DNA of 64,000 nucleotides from Candidatus Altimarinota bacterium (GCA_039809385.1 JBDHUY010000002.1:132058-196057); one strand, 5' to 3'; shown: positions 28,018 to 40,372, numbered from the stretch's first letter. Notes: a model not told the origin generated them from the sequence alone. Program-made: numbers and translations.

Positions 28018-28554
28018 ATGACCACGGCAAAAAACTATGCACTGGCTCTATGGGACATATGGCAGCCTGAAAAGCTTAATCGCGTGAACTATCATATCGA
28101 CGTTTTGCAAATTTTAGAGAGATTATACCGCAAATCGCGTGATTTCAGAACTCTGCTGGATACGCCGACACTATCGCAGCGACAAAAAGAAGACCGTTTA
28201 TCCCATGCGTTCCGAGAAGTCGATTCTGTGAAAGTAATGAAGTTGTTATTCCTCCTCATCGAAAAAAAAGAGATGCGTTTACTGGAAAGAATAATCCATG
28301 AACTGAAGCTCCTCAGAAACACCGGTTTTTCGTATCTCCCTCTCGAAGTAACAACACTTCGATCCTTGCAGCAAGATGAAATAGATACCATAGAAGTTAG
28401 TTTGAAAGAAATTTTTCACGTGGAGCACGTCTCAATAAAACAGAAACTTTCCGAAAAAATTCTGGGTGGGATGGTATTCGAATTCGAAGGCCATAAACTG
28501 GATACCAGCCTGAAAGCGAAATTACACAAAATCGAGACGAAATTACTTCCCTGA
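28018..28554 (+). CDS. atpH: ATP synthase F1 delta subunit
   Basis: AKNYALAL and ILGGMV...LDTSLKAKL; operon position. Confidence 0.9.
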   Translation: MTTAKNYALALWDIWQPEKLNRVNYHIDVLQILERLYRKSRDFRTLLDTPTLSQRQKEDRLSHAFREVDSVKVMKLLFLLIEKKEMRLLERIIHELKLLRNTGFSYLPLEVTTLRSLQQDEIDTIEVSLKEIFHVEHVSIKQKLSEKILGGMVFEFEGHKLDTSLKAKLHKIETKLLP

Positions 28555-28600
28555 CAGAACCAATCGCCCCTTCTTTTATTCTTAAAGCCCCCAGTCTCTT

Positions 28601-30106
28601 ATGAATCATACCGCCAAAGAGAAACTCGGAATTTTGGTAGAAAACATCAAAACGCAGCTCAACGAAGTGGACTTGTCGTCGCATATTGAAGAAGTCGGGT
28701 ATGTCCTGGAAGCCGGTGACGGCGTTGCACGTATCTATGGCCTTAGAAATGCGAAAATGTCAGAGATGCTCGTTTTTGGAGATAGTGGGGTGTATGGGCT
28801 GGCGCTCAATCTGGATGAAGACCTGATCGGTGCGGTAGTATTAGGCGAATTCGAAAAGATCCACGAGGGCATGGAAGTTCGACTTACTGGAAAAATTCTT
28901 CAGGTCCCGGTCGGCGAGGCATTGATCGGACGCGTAGTAAATGCGATCGGCGAACCGCTGGACGGCAAAGGTCCGATCAAGACCAAAACTTTTTACCCGG
29001 TAGAGCGGATCGCTTCGGGAGTCATTACGCGTCAATCGGTCGATACGCCTCTACAAACCGGCATAAAAGCCATCGATAGCATGATCCCCATCGGGCGTGG
29101 TCAACGCGAATTGATCATCGGAGACCGGCAGACCGGCAAGACGGCAATTGCGATCGATACGATTCTCAACCAGAAAGAATCCGGGGTTATCTCGATCTAT
29201 GTCTGTATCGGTCAGCGCGAATCCAAGATCCGGCGTATCGTCTACGAACTCGAGCAATCGGGAGCGCTCGATCATGCGATCATCGTCGTAGCATCGGCGG
29301 CAGATCCGGCGCCGCTCAACTATATTGCGCCGTATGCCGGCTGCGCGATGGGAGAATATTTCATGGATAACGGCAAAGACGCGCTCATCGTCTACGACGA
29401 TCTGAGCAAGCATGCGGTCGCCTACCGCGAAATGTCTTTATTATTGCGTCGTCCGCCCGGGCGCGAAGCGTATCCGGGAGACGTATTCTATCTCCACAGT
29501 CGTCTATTGGAACGTGCTGCCAAGCTGGGACCTAAATACGGCGGAGGGACGCTCACCGCCTTACCGATTATCGAAACGCAGGCCGGAGACGTTTCGGCCT
29601 ATATTCCGACCAACGTTATTTCGATCACCGACGGACAGATATTTTTGGAAAGCGATCTGTTTTACAAAGGTATCCGTCCTGCCATCAACGCCGGAATTTC
29701 GGTTTCCCGGGTCGGATCGGCCGCTCAGACGAAAGCCATGAAAAAAGTTGCGGGGAAATTGCGGCTGGAAATTGCCCAGTTTCGTGAATTGGAAGCGTTT
29801 GCCCAATTTGGTTCGGATCTGGACGAAGCGACCCGCAAAAAGATCGAACGAGGACGGCGTTTGGTCGAAATTTTAAAGCAAAAACAATATCATCCTCTCC
29901 CTTTTGAGAAACAGGTTTGTCTGATCTATGCGGCTGTAAACGGTTTTTTGGATACGGTCAATACCTCAGGAATCGACGAATACGAAACCAAACTGTATGA
30001 ACGACTGGATACGCTGCATCAAAACCTGTTGGAACAATTGCGTCAGGAAAAACAGATTACCCCGGAGATCGAAGAAAAGTTGCAGGGAGTTTTGCAAGAT
30101 ATGTAA
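28601..30106 (+). CDS. atpA: ATP synthase F1 alpha subunit
   Basis: [23 protein letters not shown] and [20 protein letters not shown]. Confidence 0.99.
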   Translation: MNHTAKEKLGILVENIKTQLNEVDLSSHIEEVGYVLEAGDGVARIYGLRNAKMSEMLVFGDSGVYGLALNLDEDLIGAVVLGEFEKIHEGMEVRLTGKILQVPVGEALIGRVVNAIGEPLDGKGPIKTKTFYPVERIASGVITRQSVDTPLQTGIKAIDSMIPIGRGQRELIIGDRQTGKTAIAIDTILNQKESGVISIYVCIGQRESKIRRIVYELEQSGALDHAIIVVASAADPAPLNYIAPYAGCAMGEYFMDNGKDALIVYDDLSKHAVAYREMSLLLRRPPGREAYPGDVFYLHSRLLERAAKLGPKYGGGTLTALPIIETQAGDVSAYIPTNVISITDGQIFLESDLFYKGIRPAINAGISVSRVGSAAQTKAMKKVAGKLRLEIAQFRELEAFAQFGSDLDEATRKKIERGRRLVEILKQKQYHPLPFEKQVCLIYAAVNGFLDTVNTSGIDEYETKLYERLDTLHQNLLEQLRQEKQITPEIEEKLQGVLQDM

Positions 30107-30141
30107 GAAGTGATCAATTCTATTTTTTTTAGGCTCTTGTC

Positions 30142-31101
30142 ATGGCTACCGGACTCGATATACGACGTCGCATCAAATCGGTCAAAAATACCCGTTCGAT
30201 TACCCGGGCGATGCAGATGGTCGCTGCCAGTAAAATGCGCAAAGCTCAGGAGCAAGCTTTGAAAAGCCGGTCTTTTGCTGAAAAAGCCCTCGAGATGCTT
30301 TCGACGTTGTCAGAAAGTATTCCTAAAAATTATACGCATTATTTGCTGGAAAAGTCGCCCGGAAAGAAATATCTGGTGCTGATGATTACTTCCAACAAAG
30401 GCTTGTGCGGCTCTCTGAATGCCAATGTCATTCGTAAAGCCCTCGATTTTATGGAAAGTGCGAATCACATTGTCATTTCGGAAAAGACCGAGCAAAAGCT
30501 GGAAGCACAGCTGGAAGAAGAAATCTTTCATTTTTCTACCCTGGGCAAGAAAGGAAGAGACAACCTGTTACGGCTGGGGCACGTTTTGAGAGCGGATTTT
30601 TCCGATATTGGAGATCGCATGAACTCGCTCGATATCGCGCCGCTAACGAAACATTTGCTGGATGAGTATAAAAACCACGAGTACGACGCGGTTTATATTG
30701 TTTATACGCATTTTGTATCCGTTCTGGTTCAAAAACCGGTCGTGAAACGTATTGTGCCACTGGGGAAAGATATTTTGGATTCGATTCAGGAGATTCTCAA
30801 AGGACAAGTAAAAACCGCACCGGCATCCTCAAAAAAAACCGAATACATATTTGAACCAGCCGCCAAAACCGTCCTGGACGAACTTTTGCCGAAATTTGTC
30901 GAGATCCAAATCTATCAGGCAATTCTGGAAGCTAATGCATCCGAACACAGCGCCCGGATGGTTGCTATGAAAAGCGCTACCGAAGCTGCCAAAGACCTCA
31001 TCGACGACCTGACTCTTACCTACAATAAAGCTCGTCAATCAGGGATAACGCAGGAGATTTCCGAGATCGTCGGAGGGGTAGAAGCATTAAAAATCAAATA
31101 A
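30142..31101 (+). CDS. atpG: ATP synthase F1 gamma subunit
   Basis: ITRAMQMVAASK, KGLCG, SEHSARMVAM and RQSGITQEISEI. Confidence 0.98.
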   Translation: MATGLDIRRRIKSVKNTRSITRAMQMVAASKMRKAQEQALKSRSFAEKALEMLSTLSESIPKNYTHYLLEKSPGKKYLVLMITSNKGLCGSLNANVIRKALDFMESANHIVISEKTEQKLEAQLEEEIFHFSTLGKKGRDNLLRLGHVLRADFSDIGDRMNSLDIAPLTKHLLDEYKNHEYDAVYIVYTHFVSVLVQKPVVKRIVPLGKDILDSIQEILKGQVKTAPASSKKTEYIFEPAAKTVLDELLPKFVEIQIYQAILEANASEHSARMVAMKSATEAAKDLIDDLTLTYNKARQSGITQEISEIVGGVEALKIK

Positions 31102-31171
31102 ATAAGTGTAAAATGCAACCTTTGGACTGCCCATAGATTCGAGTCTTTTATCGATACGTATACATATTTAA

Positions 31172-32650
<1,479 letters not shown>

Positions 32651-32983
32651 GGATAGCTAAAACGTTACGCGCACTGCAATTTTTTAGCTTTTTAAGCATA
32701 AATTAAAAGCTCTTTCGTTCATTTCGAGTACGAGCCCGGCCCTGTGCTCTAAAACGCAGTGATGAATCCCGTCGCGTTCGCTTTCGTACGCTTGCTGTAC
32801 GAAAAGATCTTTATTCGTACAATATCTCAGGCGCAACATAAAAAACTTCCCCCACGGATTGTTCGCGGAGCTGATTAGAAATGACTTCCGTCCATAAATT
32901 CTTCTATTTTTTTGAAAAGTCAGGCATATTCCGTTGACTACTTATTCCTAATGTCGTAAAGTTGCTGCCTTACACATCTACGT

Positions 32984-34961
32984 ATGAAACAGCCAAACGC
33001 AAGCACTCCCAGTAACGAGAGACCAGCTTCAGAACCGCCAGAATACCCTGCCTTAAGCCAAATGATCTACAGAGCGTCGCAAGCGTTAAAAGAAGCGGCT
33101 CAGAAAGCCGATCCCGGCTTTGGGTTAAAGTATCCAGAACTATTACGCATAGGGATTGAGCTGGTACAAATGGACATTCGTAACGATGTTGAAGAACCTG
33201 CAGAATTGAAAAATCTGATGACGGAATTATGGAATTATAAAGAAGCTATCCTGACAGAACAGAAAACTTTGGAACAAGGAGATTTTGAAGGAGAAGATTC
33301 TGAACAAAAACGTGCCAAGAAAAAATTGAATCAAGGACTAAAGCAAAAACCTAAGAATCAAAAACAATACCTGGCCATTTTTTTTAGGACGGCTGGTACA
33401 AGTAGAAAAGGATGCGACAAGCAGAATACGGAAAGAACAGGCCAAAAAGGGTGCCAGTCGTTTGGAATCGTATCTGGCAGTCGAAGCGTACATTTATCAA
33501 AAATCCTGGCGGCAAAAATATATCCGATCGCTGTATGTATTGTTAGGTCTGGCCGAGGCAAGCATCATCGGAGACTGGAAAGTTAACCGAGATCATGAAG
33601 TTGGCGACATGCTCGGTACGATTCCTCTCCCAGAAGTACTCAAGCTCGTATTATGTTTTTATCTGGAAAGCGGGCTGCTAAAAGATACCAATCCGATCCA
33701 GGACGGAAAGCTAGTCTATTTTGACGGCGGCTGCGGGAACGGAGCTCTCATCGAGTGGCTGCGCCGTAATACCGACACAAAGCCGTTTGATCAAGAAAAT
33801 TTACGCTTGATCGATTTTTATGGTCATATCGGATTCGCCGACAGGATTTTGTACGATCTCAAAGAATTGCTACGCTCTTTGATCAACCCTCATCTGACAG
33901 AAGGGGAACGAAAGGCCGTAGATGAGTTTATCGAAATCGTCTGTACGCTGGTTCTCCAGCACGCCTTTTTTTATAAGCAATCCGGAAACATAGCGCCTAA
34001 AGCGATTGGGAAGCTGGCGAAGGATCCGAATCAGATCAAGACAATTTTCAAGGATTTGACGAAATTTATACCAAAAATTCTCAATCTGGATAGTATCAGA
34101 GCCGACGGAGAATTCATCGGAGACCGCCAGTTTACTGTTTCTCATGAGTGTCGTACGCTGCTGGAAACATATTTTTACCCAAAAGGTCAGCAAGACGGTA
34201 CAGATTTCATGAAGCGGTATTTCGTGCCTGATTTTGAAACAATAAACCTCGCCGAAAAGATTCCCATTAACTTTCATAATGTCATCTTGGGACGATTCGA
34301 GACCATAGATAACCAAATTCCGATCGAACCGCTCTGGAATATTGCCTCTTTCTGCCGTGCGACGTCGCATTTACCAAACGAAGAATATGCGAAGTTTATG
34401 GAAAAGGCATGCAGGTATTCAAAACCGGGAGGACTGATCATCGATGACGGTATTGTGGAATCCCAGACACGGTATTTACGTTTGCAGGAAATACTCGATA
34501 TCCAAGCAACGCTGGGAACTGAGTTTGCCTTCTGGATTATAAAAGATAAAACCAGTCATCGGATTTCTCTCCTCATACAGCGAGGATTGCAAAATAGCCA
34601 AAAACCCGGTGACTATCGTTTCTTCGATACGAAATATCTAAATCAGTTGATTGCCAAAAGATCCCAAATTTTTGATATTCAATCATTCGCACTAGGACAA
34701 ACTCCTACGAATCGTGTTATAGCGCACGTCATTCATAAGTTGAAAGAACTCTTTACTACCACTCCCTTTAACGGAATTTATTTGAGATCGACCGGATTTC
34801 AGGATCTGCATCCTCTGATTTTTGATACGGTAAAAAGGCATCTTCCCCACGGAGAACTTGATAAAACGAAAACCGAAGCTACTGCCTGTAACGTTGTAAA
34901 CGAAATCAGTTTACTCATCCCGGAAATTCGGAAAAAAATAGTACAAAGTCTCTCCATTTAG
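32984..34961 (+). pseudogene. Class I SAM-methyltransferase-like protein, frameshifted at a T8 run (33378-33385)
   Basis: Removing one T fuses ORF 32984 with ORF 33462 (...YLAIFLGRLVQVEKDATSR...LESYLAVE). Motifs YFDGGCGNG and SKPGGLII. Confidence 0.65.
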
Positions 34962-36568
34962 ATGCACTTCCCCAGAACCATTTCAATAATTTTGGCATAA
35001 CGCTGGATAAAATCGTTGTCGAATATCTCGAGTTTCTTCTCTGGCGAAACGTATAAGCCCAGGCTTCCCACCAATTTCCCTTTCCATTGCAGCGGTATAA
35101 CCATCAGCGATGACAGATTATTCTGCCGGGCCAGATGCGGCGTCTGATAGTAGGGATCTTTCGTAACATCGATGATTCTAAGTACGGTTTGTTTCTGGTA
35201 GGCTTTTTGTACGAGACTCTTTTCGTATTTTATAGTCGATTTGCCATACCACTCGTTGCCTACGCCAAAACACGAAACCATTTCCAGCGTATTCTTTTTC
35301 TCGTTATAAATTCGCAAAATACACGCATCCACATGACTAAGCATGACGATCGAGCTTACGATAAAATCAGCCAGAGCTTTTTTATCCAGCGAACGGGCAG
35401 CATCCAGCAGGTCAAAAATATAATCCATCTGACGCCGCATGATGCCGAACTGATTATAGGCCTCTTTCATCTTTTGATAGCGCATGGCCAGCTCTTCCTC
35501 GAACCGGCTTTCCTTACTGATATCCCGACCGATCAGAAGAAAATGGGTGATCGTCATCCGGTCTTCGGCAAAAATAGGCGTAATGGTCGTTGCTATGGCA
35601 AATGAATCTTTATTTTTGTGCTGACCTTCAAATTTATCCGTATAGGTACGACCGATACTGCTCTCATGATATTCTTCTATCTGTAAAGTCGGCAAAAGCC
35701 GGTCGATTCCCATGCCGACGATCTCTTCCTGGCGGTAGCCGAAAATAACTTTGGCGCCCTTGTTCCACGAAAGAATTTTGCCGGCTTTGTCGAGAAAAAT
35801 AATCGCATCCGAGGCGTATCGAATAGCGCTGTGGAGCATTTTTTCAGTTTCCTGACGTTGCTTGAGCTCCGTGATATCGGTCAAAATAGCCATAGTACCT
35901 CCGTCGGGCATAGGCGTACCGTTCGCCAGAACCGGGATTTTGCGACCGGATTTGCTCAAGAGATTACCCTCGTAGGAAGAGGTTATTCCTTTTTTACGAT
36001 GATGTACGTTGATATATTTGACACGTTTGGCGCTTTCTTCGTCCCAGAACTGGTACGAAGGGATACCGATTATGTCGTTCAAATCATATTCAAGCATCGC
36101 ACAGAAACGCGGATTGGCATAAACAGTGCATTCGCGCGCATCGCCCATCCACAATGCCTCGCTCATATTGTCGACGATCTGTTTGTACTGCGAATCTTTT
36201 TTCTTTATCTCGCGCAGATCGGTCATCATGCCGATTGTATTGCCATTGGGCAGCGCCGCTCCGTGGACGAGTACCGGAATACCATCTCCTAGTTTGGGAA
36301 CCAAGACTGCTTGATAGGTTGAATTTAATCCTTTTTTACGGAAGTTTTCATTGTTATACTTTACCTTTTTGATGCTTTCGTCATCCCACAAAAAATACGC
36401 CTCTTTGCCTATTATTTCATCGGATGTATATCCGAGCATCGAGCAAAATTTCGGATTGGCATAGAGGGTTCGTTCGTTCGGATCTGCCATCCAGACCGCC
36501 TCGTTCATATTTTCCACAAGTGTCTGATAGAGCAGCTCTGAACCGGTATTGTCTTTTTTGGATGTCAT
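34958..36568 (-). CDS. PAS-PAS-PAS-GAF sensor protein without an output domain
   Basis: Three PAS repeats (VENMNEAVW..YANPKFCSMLGY; VDNMSEALW..YANPRFCAMLEY; SDAII..SWNKGAKVIFGY), then a coiled coil and a C-terminal GAF (SLMVIPLQWKGKLVGSL). Confidence 0.88.
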   Translation of the reverse strand: MTSKKDNTGSELLYQTLVENMNEAVWMADPNERTLYANPKFCSMLGYTSDEIIGKEAYFLWDDESIKKVKYNNENFRKKGLNSTYQAVLVPKLGDGIPVLVHGAALPNGNTIGMMTDLREIKKKDSQYKQIVDNMSEALWMGDARECTVYANPRFCAMLEYDLNDIIGIPSYQFWDEESAKRVKYINVHHRKKGITSSYEGNLLSKSGRKIPVLANGTPMPDGGTMAILTDITELKQRQETEKMLHSAIRYASDAIIFLDKAGKILSWNKGAKVIFGYRQEEIVGMGIDRLLPTLQIEEYHESSIGRTYTDKFEGQHKNKDSFAIATTITPIFAEDRMTITHFLLIGRDISKESRFEEELAMRYQKMKEAYNQFGIMRRQMDYIFDLLDAARSLDKKALADFIVSSIVMLSHVDACILRIYNEKKNTLEMVSCFGVGNEWYGKSTIKYEKSLVQKAYQKQTVLRIIDVTKDPYYQTPHLARQNNLSSLMVIPLQWKGKLVGSLGLYVSPEKKLEIFDNDFIQRYAKIIEMVLGKCI

Positions 36569-37662
36569 ATCGAAGAATTCAAGGAAATCAGTATTTTTTT
36601 ATGCGTCTCGCGATTGATCCGGTATGCCAACCAGCGTCTGGAAACTTGTTTTTGAGAAGATCCTAAAACCGTAACCTCATCGCCATTCCTGAGCCGGTAT
36701 GACAGGCGCCGACTCATACCGTTTACGATCGCACCGGTAACGCAATCGCCCAGATCGGTGTGAATCATGTAAGCCAGATCCAGAACTGTAACATCAGGGT
36801 CAAGAATAATGATATCACCTTTAGGAGACAGACAGTAGATTTTACGGTTTTTTTGGTTGAATGCGCTAACTGTCGGCGTGGGCAATAGCGATTTTTTGTG
36901 TCGCGCATAAACCCAGTGCACCGCGCCACCGTGTTCGGCATATTGATCCATTGAATATGTACGGATTTGAATTTCGACCGCTAGAGTCAAATTAGGAATA
37001 ATATCTTTCAACCCGGTATGCAGGCTACGGTATCCGTTGATTTTGGGAATACTGATATAGTCTTTAAAAAGATGTGGTAGCGGTGTAAAGCGATCATGAA
37101 GCAGGTTCATGATTTCGAAACAATCTTCGCTGCGTTCGTGAGAAAGAATGATTCGGCACGCGAAGATATCGTTGAGGTCAAAAATATCAATTTTCCGTTT
37201 TTCCCGCATCTTTTTAAAAATACTGTAAATATTTTTATATCTGCCGATAATCAGGACAGGATAGCGGGGTACTATGAGATCACGCAGCTGCTTCAAAATC
37301 CGGTTGATGAGATGACGGGATGTTTGTTTAAAGGCTCGCAGAGCAAGGTCGAGTCTTTGATAATCTTGCGGGTACGCGACTCGAAAGCAGTACCGGTCCA
37401 GAAGCGCTCGCTGTTGAATAAATCCGAAGCGTTCGGCCAAAGGAGAGAGTACTCCAAGGTAGGCGGAAGCTAGTTTCTGCTTCTCATCGTTTCTTTTGAG
37501 CCGGGCCAGATGGATATGAAAATAGCTTAAAAAAGCACCGAACACACTGACATCGTTGGCTACGCCGTCCAAAATATACTGAAGCAGCCGGTCGCGATTA
37601 CGGGGATGCTCGTTGGCTTCTTGCAGAAAATAGATCCAACGTGCCGAAAGTAAATCATTCAT
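36565..37662 (-). CDS. RelA/SpoT-family synthetase + TGS protein lacking an intact HD hydrolase and the C-terminal ZFD/ACT domains
   Basis: GRYKNIYSIFKKM, DIFACRII, KDYISIPKINGYRSLHT, EIQIRT and AEHGGAVHW; TGS SPKGD...LDLAYMIHTDLG...VNG. Confidence 0.9.
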   Translation of the reverse strand: MNDLLSARWIYFLQEANEHPRNRDRLLQYILDGVANDVSVFGAFLSYFHIHLARLKRNDEKQKLASAYLGVLSPLAERFGFIQQRALLDRYCFRVAYPQDYQRLDLALRAFKQTSRHLINRILKQLRDLIVPRYPVLIIGRYKNIYSIFKKMREKRKIDIFDLNDIFACRIILSHERSEDCFEIMNLLHDRFTPLPHLFKDYISIPKINGYRSLHTGLKDIIPNLTLAVEIQIRTYSMDQYAEHGGAVHWVYARHKKSLLPTPTVSAFNQKNRKIYCLSPKGDIIILDPDVTVLDLAYMIHTDLGDCVTGAIVNGMSRRLSYRLRNGDEVTVLGSSQKQVSRRWLAYRINRETHKKILISLNSSI

Positions 37663-37978
37663 CGATGGGTATCCTGAAATTGACTACTTGTCACCAGTCT
37701 ATCCGAGAAAACTACTTTGTAAAGCACAAAACACACTATTGTCAATATTATTTGTTGGCTTATTGTAACAAATAATGACATTGCGTTTTTTTTTCATATA
37801 TTGCTTAGGAATTAGGCATATTGCATTTGACTCCCAGACATCTTCTATAGCGCCAGAAAGACTCGTCGGGAAGGGAATCACTCTTGACTTTGAAATACAT
37901 TTTTGTATTATCAACTCCTTGCCAGGGATACAAACACAATCAAAAACCAAAGCGTTTCTTTCTTCTGATTTTTTTCAC

Positions 37979-38947
37979 ATGAAGCGCTTCTTAACGTTTG
38001 TATTCTTGCTTGCCTTAACCGGAGAATTTGTCTTTCTGGCTGTTGTCCGGGAAGTCAATCAGACCGAACAAAAGATACGTCTGACCAGATTGTCCGATAT
38101 TTCAGCGGTACCGCCGCCATCGGAAAAGATATTACCGGACCAAAAGAATGGATCACCGGATATACGTTCAGTCGCATTTGAAACGGATTCCCTCAAAACC
38201 AGCGATTCTTATCCGAAAATCCGTTCTGCCGCGCCGGTAGTCGTACCTTCCGTGCTTCGGGGCGCCAAAAGAACGTTCACCAATCGCGATTTTGCCCGTA
38301 ACTTCGACCGGATGGTACGCGAGAGCACTGTTGTAAGCGGCGCCGAAAAGAAAGAGGAAAGTGACCGTGTCAAAACCCTTCTATACAAGACAAGTCAGCA
38401 ACTTCCGCCATCACACCAAAAAGCTCTCCAGTATTTCATGTTACATCTGGATTATAACGAGACCCGCGGGCTGGCCGGACAGAATACGATGATCCTGCAT
38501 ACCGGGACGCTTCCCGACCGGGAAATTGAGGCGGTATATATTCACGAAATGGGACATGTGGTCGATACCGGACTGTTTTTAGGCAGCAACGACGCTTTTC
38601 CCAGCAATTTCAGCGACGGGAAAACACAAGTCTTTTCCAACGATCCGAGCGTCAGTTTTTACAGCATTTCCTGGAAATCCAATCAGGAACAACATCAAGG
38701 AAGCACGAAGCGGGATTTCGTATCGGGATATGCCATGAGCGATCCGTTCGAGGATTTTGCCGAAAGTTATGTTTTTTATGTATTGTCGGGAAGAACATTC
38801 CGGACTATGCTCCCCAGCAGTCCAAAACTTGAGCAGAAATATAAATTTTTACAAGAGATTGTCTTTCAGGGGCGGGAGTTTGACACAGGTGTCCCAGCCA
38901 GCGATACCGAGACACGTGTTTACGATGCCACTAAAATAACTTCGTAA
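37979..38947 (+). CDS. Membrane-anchored/secreted zinc metallopeptidase
   Basis: N-terminal hydrophobic helix; HEMGH and FVSGYAMSDPFEDFAES. Confidence 0.82.
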   Translation: MKRFLTFVFLLALTGEFVFLAVVREVNQTEQKIRLTRLSDISAVPPPSEKILPDQKNGSPDIRSVAFETDSLKTSDSYPKIRSAAPVVVPSVLRGAKRTFTNRDFARNFDRMVRESTVVSGAEKKEESDRVKTLLYKTSQQLPPSHQKALQYFMLHLDYNETRGLAGQNTMILHTGTLPDREIEAVYIHEMGHVVDTGLFLGSNDAFPSNFSDGKTQVFSNDPSVSFYSISWKSNQEQHQGSTKRDFVSGYAMSDPFEDFAESYVFYVLSGRTFRTMLPSSPKLEQKYKFLQEIVFQGREFDTGVPASDTETRVYDATKITS

Positions 38948-38989
38948 AAACAGTCTTGTCTTCCCGGCTAAGAGTATTTCGCATTTCCC

Positions 38990-39018
38990 TTGAATGTGCT
39001 GATAGGCTTCGCTATACT
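38990..39018 (+). promoter_or_regulatory. Putative promoter of tRNA-His
   Basis: TTGAAT-17 nt-TATACT. Confidence 0.55.
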
Positions 39019-39069
39019 CAATCTCGTTTTGGCGAGAAACGTTTTACGGTTTCTTGCAATGAATAACAT

Positions 39070-39145
39070 GGCGGACGTAGCTCAGTGGTAGAGCATCTGG
39101 TTGTGGCCCAGGGGGTCGCGGGTTCGAGCCCCGTCGTTCGCCCCA
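39070..39145 (+). tRNA. tRNA-His(GUG)
   Basis: G-1 with C73, acceptor GCGGACG/CGTTCGC, anticodon loop TTGTGGC, GTTCGAG T-loop, encoded CCA. Confidence 0.97.
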
Positions 39146-39209
39146 GTATTGTTCAATCTCCAACAGTCACACACGAAAAAAGCAGATTCATAGGAGAATC
39201 TTCTGTTTT

Positions 39210-39280
39210 GTGGTAGAAATATCTCTGGTTGTGGTCCGCCGCGGCAGATCTCGGGTTCGAGCCCCATCGTTCGCTCTAGT
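39210..39280 (+). pseudogene. Degenerate 3' copy of tRNA-His carrying the same 14-bp palindrome
   Basis: GTGGTAGAAATATCTCTGGTTGTGG-TCCGCCGCGGCAGA-TCTCGGGTTCGAGCCCCATCGTTCGC versus the tRNA sequence GTGGTAGAGCATCTGGTTGTGG-CCCAGGGGG-TCGCGGGTTCGAGCCCCGTCGTTCGC. Confidence 0.85.
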
Positions 39281-39667
39281 TTTTCATTACTCTCGAATAC
39301 ATGGCAAAGACTTATTCGTTATTCGTATTTTCCGCATATAAGCTTTTGGCACCTCCAAAAACTGTCTCTTTATTCAGAGGCAGGTTCGGTAAAGCTATAT
39401 ACAATCTTTCAAATACACTCAACAGACTTTAGAGCTTGCTTGAAAAGTATATATAGATTGTTTCTTGTTCGCTGTCATGCAGGATTGCCCAGCATCCGGG
39501 GATACACGAAATATATAAATAAGACGTAGTGACGATGAACTCTATTAGATGCATGCTGCAGGTAGTTCAGTGAACGCCACTCTCTTTCAATCTGTACTTC
39601 CCAGACCCGGATTCCGGTCAAGCCGGAGTGACAGATACTAGACTTTGAAGACTTTTCAGATACCCTG

Positions 39668-40129
39668 TTAGATTTCCAGTTCGCGCAGCACCTTATTGAC
39701 TATGTCGAACGAAAAACCGCGATTACCCAAAAAAGCGGCCAGTTTTTGTCGTTGCTTTTCTTTTGGATGACGGGTAAGGCTCTTCTCTTTTTTACTCGCT
39801 ATTTTGAAGGCGTCTGCAAATTCATCGACTTCTGAGAGGGACGTACTGATAAAGCGGGCTTCCACTCCCCTTTTCTGTAATTCCTGCCGCATAAAGAACC
39901 GGCTCTTGCCTTTTTTTCGCAGCGACCGCACCAAAAGCTCAGCGAATCGTTCGTCGTCTAAGTAATGAAGCTCTAGCAACTTCTTCAACACTTGTTCGAC
40001 CTGCTCCGAATCCTCAAATCGCTTCAACAGTTTGGAACGGAGTTCATAGATCGAATGATCGCGCAGCGAGAGGATTTTGAGAGCGCGGTTAAAGATATCA
40101 GTGAAGGAGACCGGAATCGATGGTTTCAT
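39668..40129 (-). CDS. recX: Regulatory protein RecX
   Basis: ALKILSLRDHSIYELRSKL, YLDDERFA, ELQKRGV and FLGNRGF; downstream of recA. Confidence 0.92.
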   Translation of the reverse strand: MKPSIPVSFTDIFNRALKILSLRDHSIYELRSKLLKRFEDSEQVEQVLKKLLELHYLDDERFAELLVRSLRKKGKSRFFMRQELQKRGVEARFISTSLSEVDEFADAFKIASKKEKSLTRHPKEKQRQKLAAFLGNRGFSFDIVNKVLRELEI

Positions 40130-40330
40130 ATAAAAATACTTTTTCCCCCCTCATCGTCTGCATTTCTATCGTCTTTGGAAAAGATACGGCCACAAGGCAC
40201 GTTACTCCTTATTGGCCATAATAACTTTTCCCTCGCAGCTTTCAAGATAATCATAACCATAATATTGACGTTGTATGATTCGACGAAATAGTATGAAACT
40301 GGTTTCCTGACAATAGAGAAAGGTTGGCAT

Positions 40331-40362
40331 AAAAAGCCTCGTGCATTTTCGCGAGGCTTTTT
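40331..40362 (-). terminator. Intrinsic terminator after recA
   Basis: AAAAAGCCTCGTG-CATTTT-CGCGAGGCTTTTT hairpin. Confidence 0.75.
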
Positions 40363-40372
40363 GTATACAATT

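Noticed and set aside
32700-32880. Structured RNA downstream of atpD
   Set aside because: Only short alternative GTACGAA hairpins are present, with no recognisable family.
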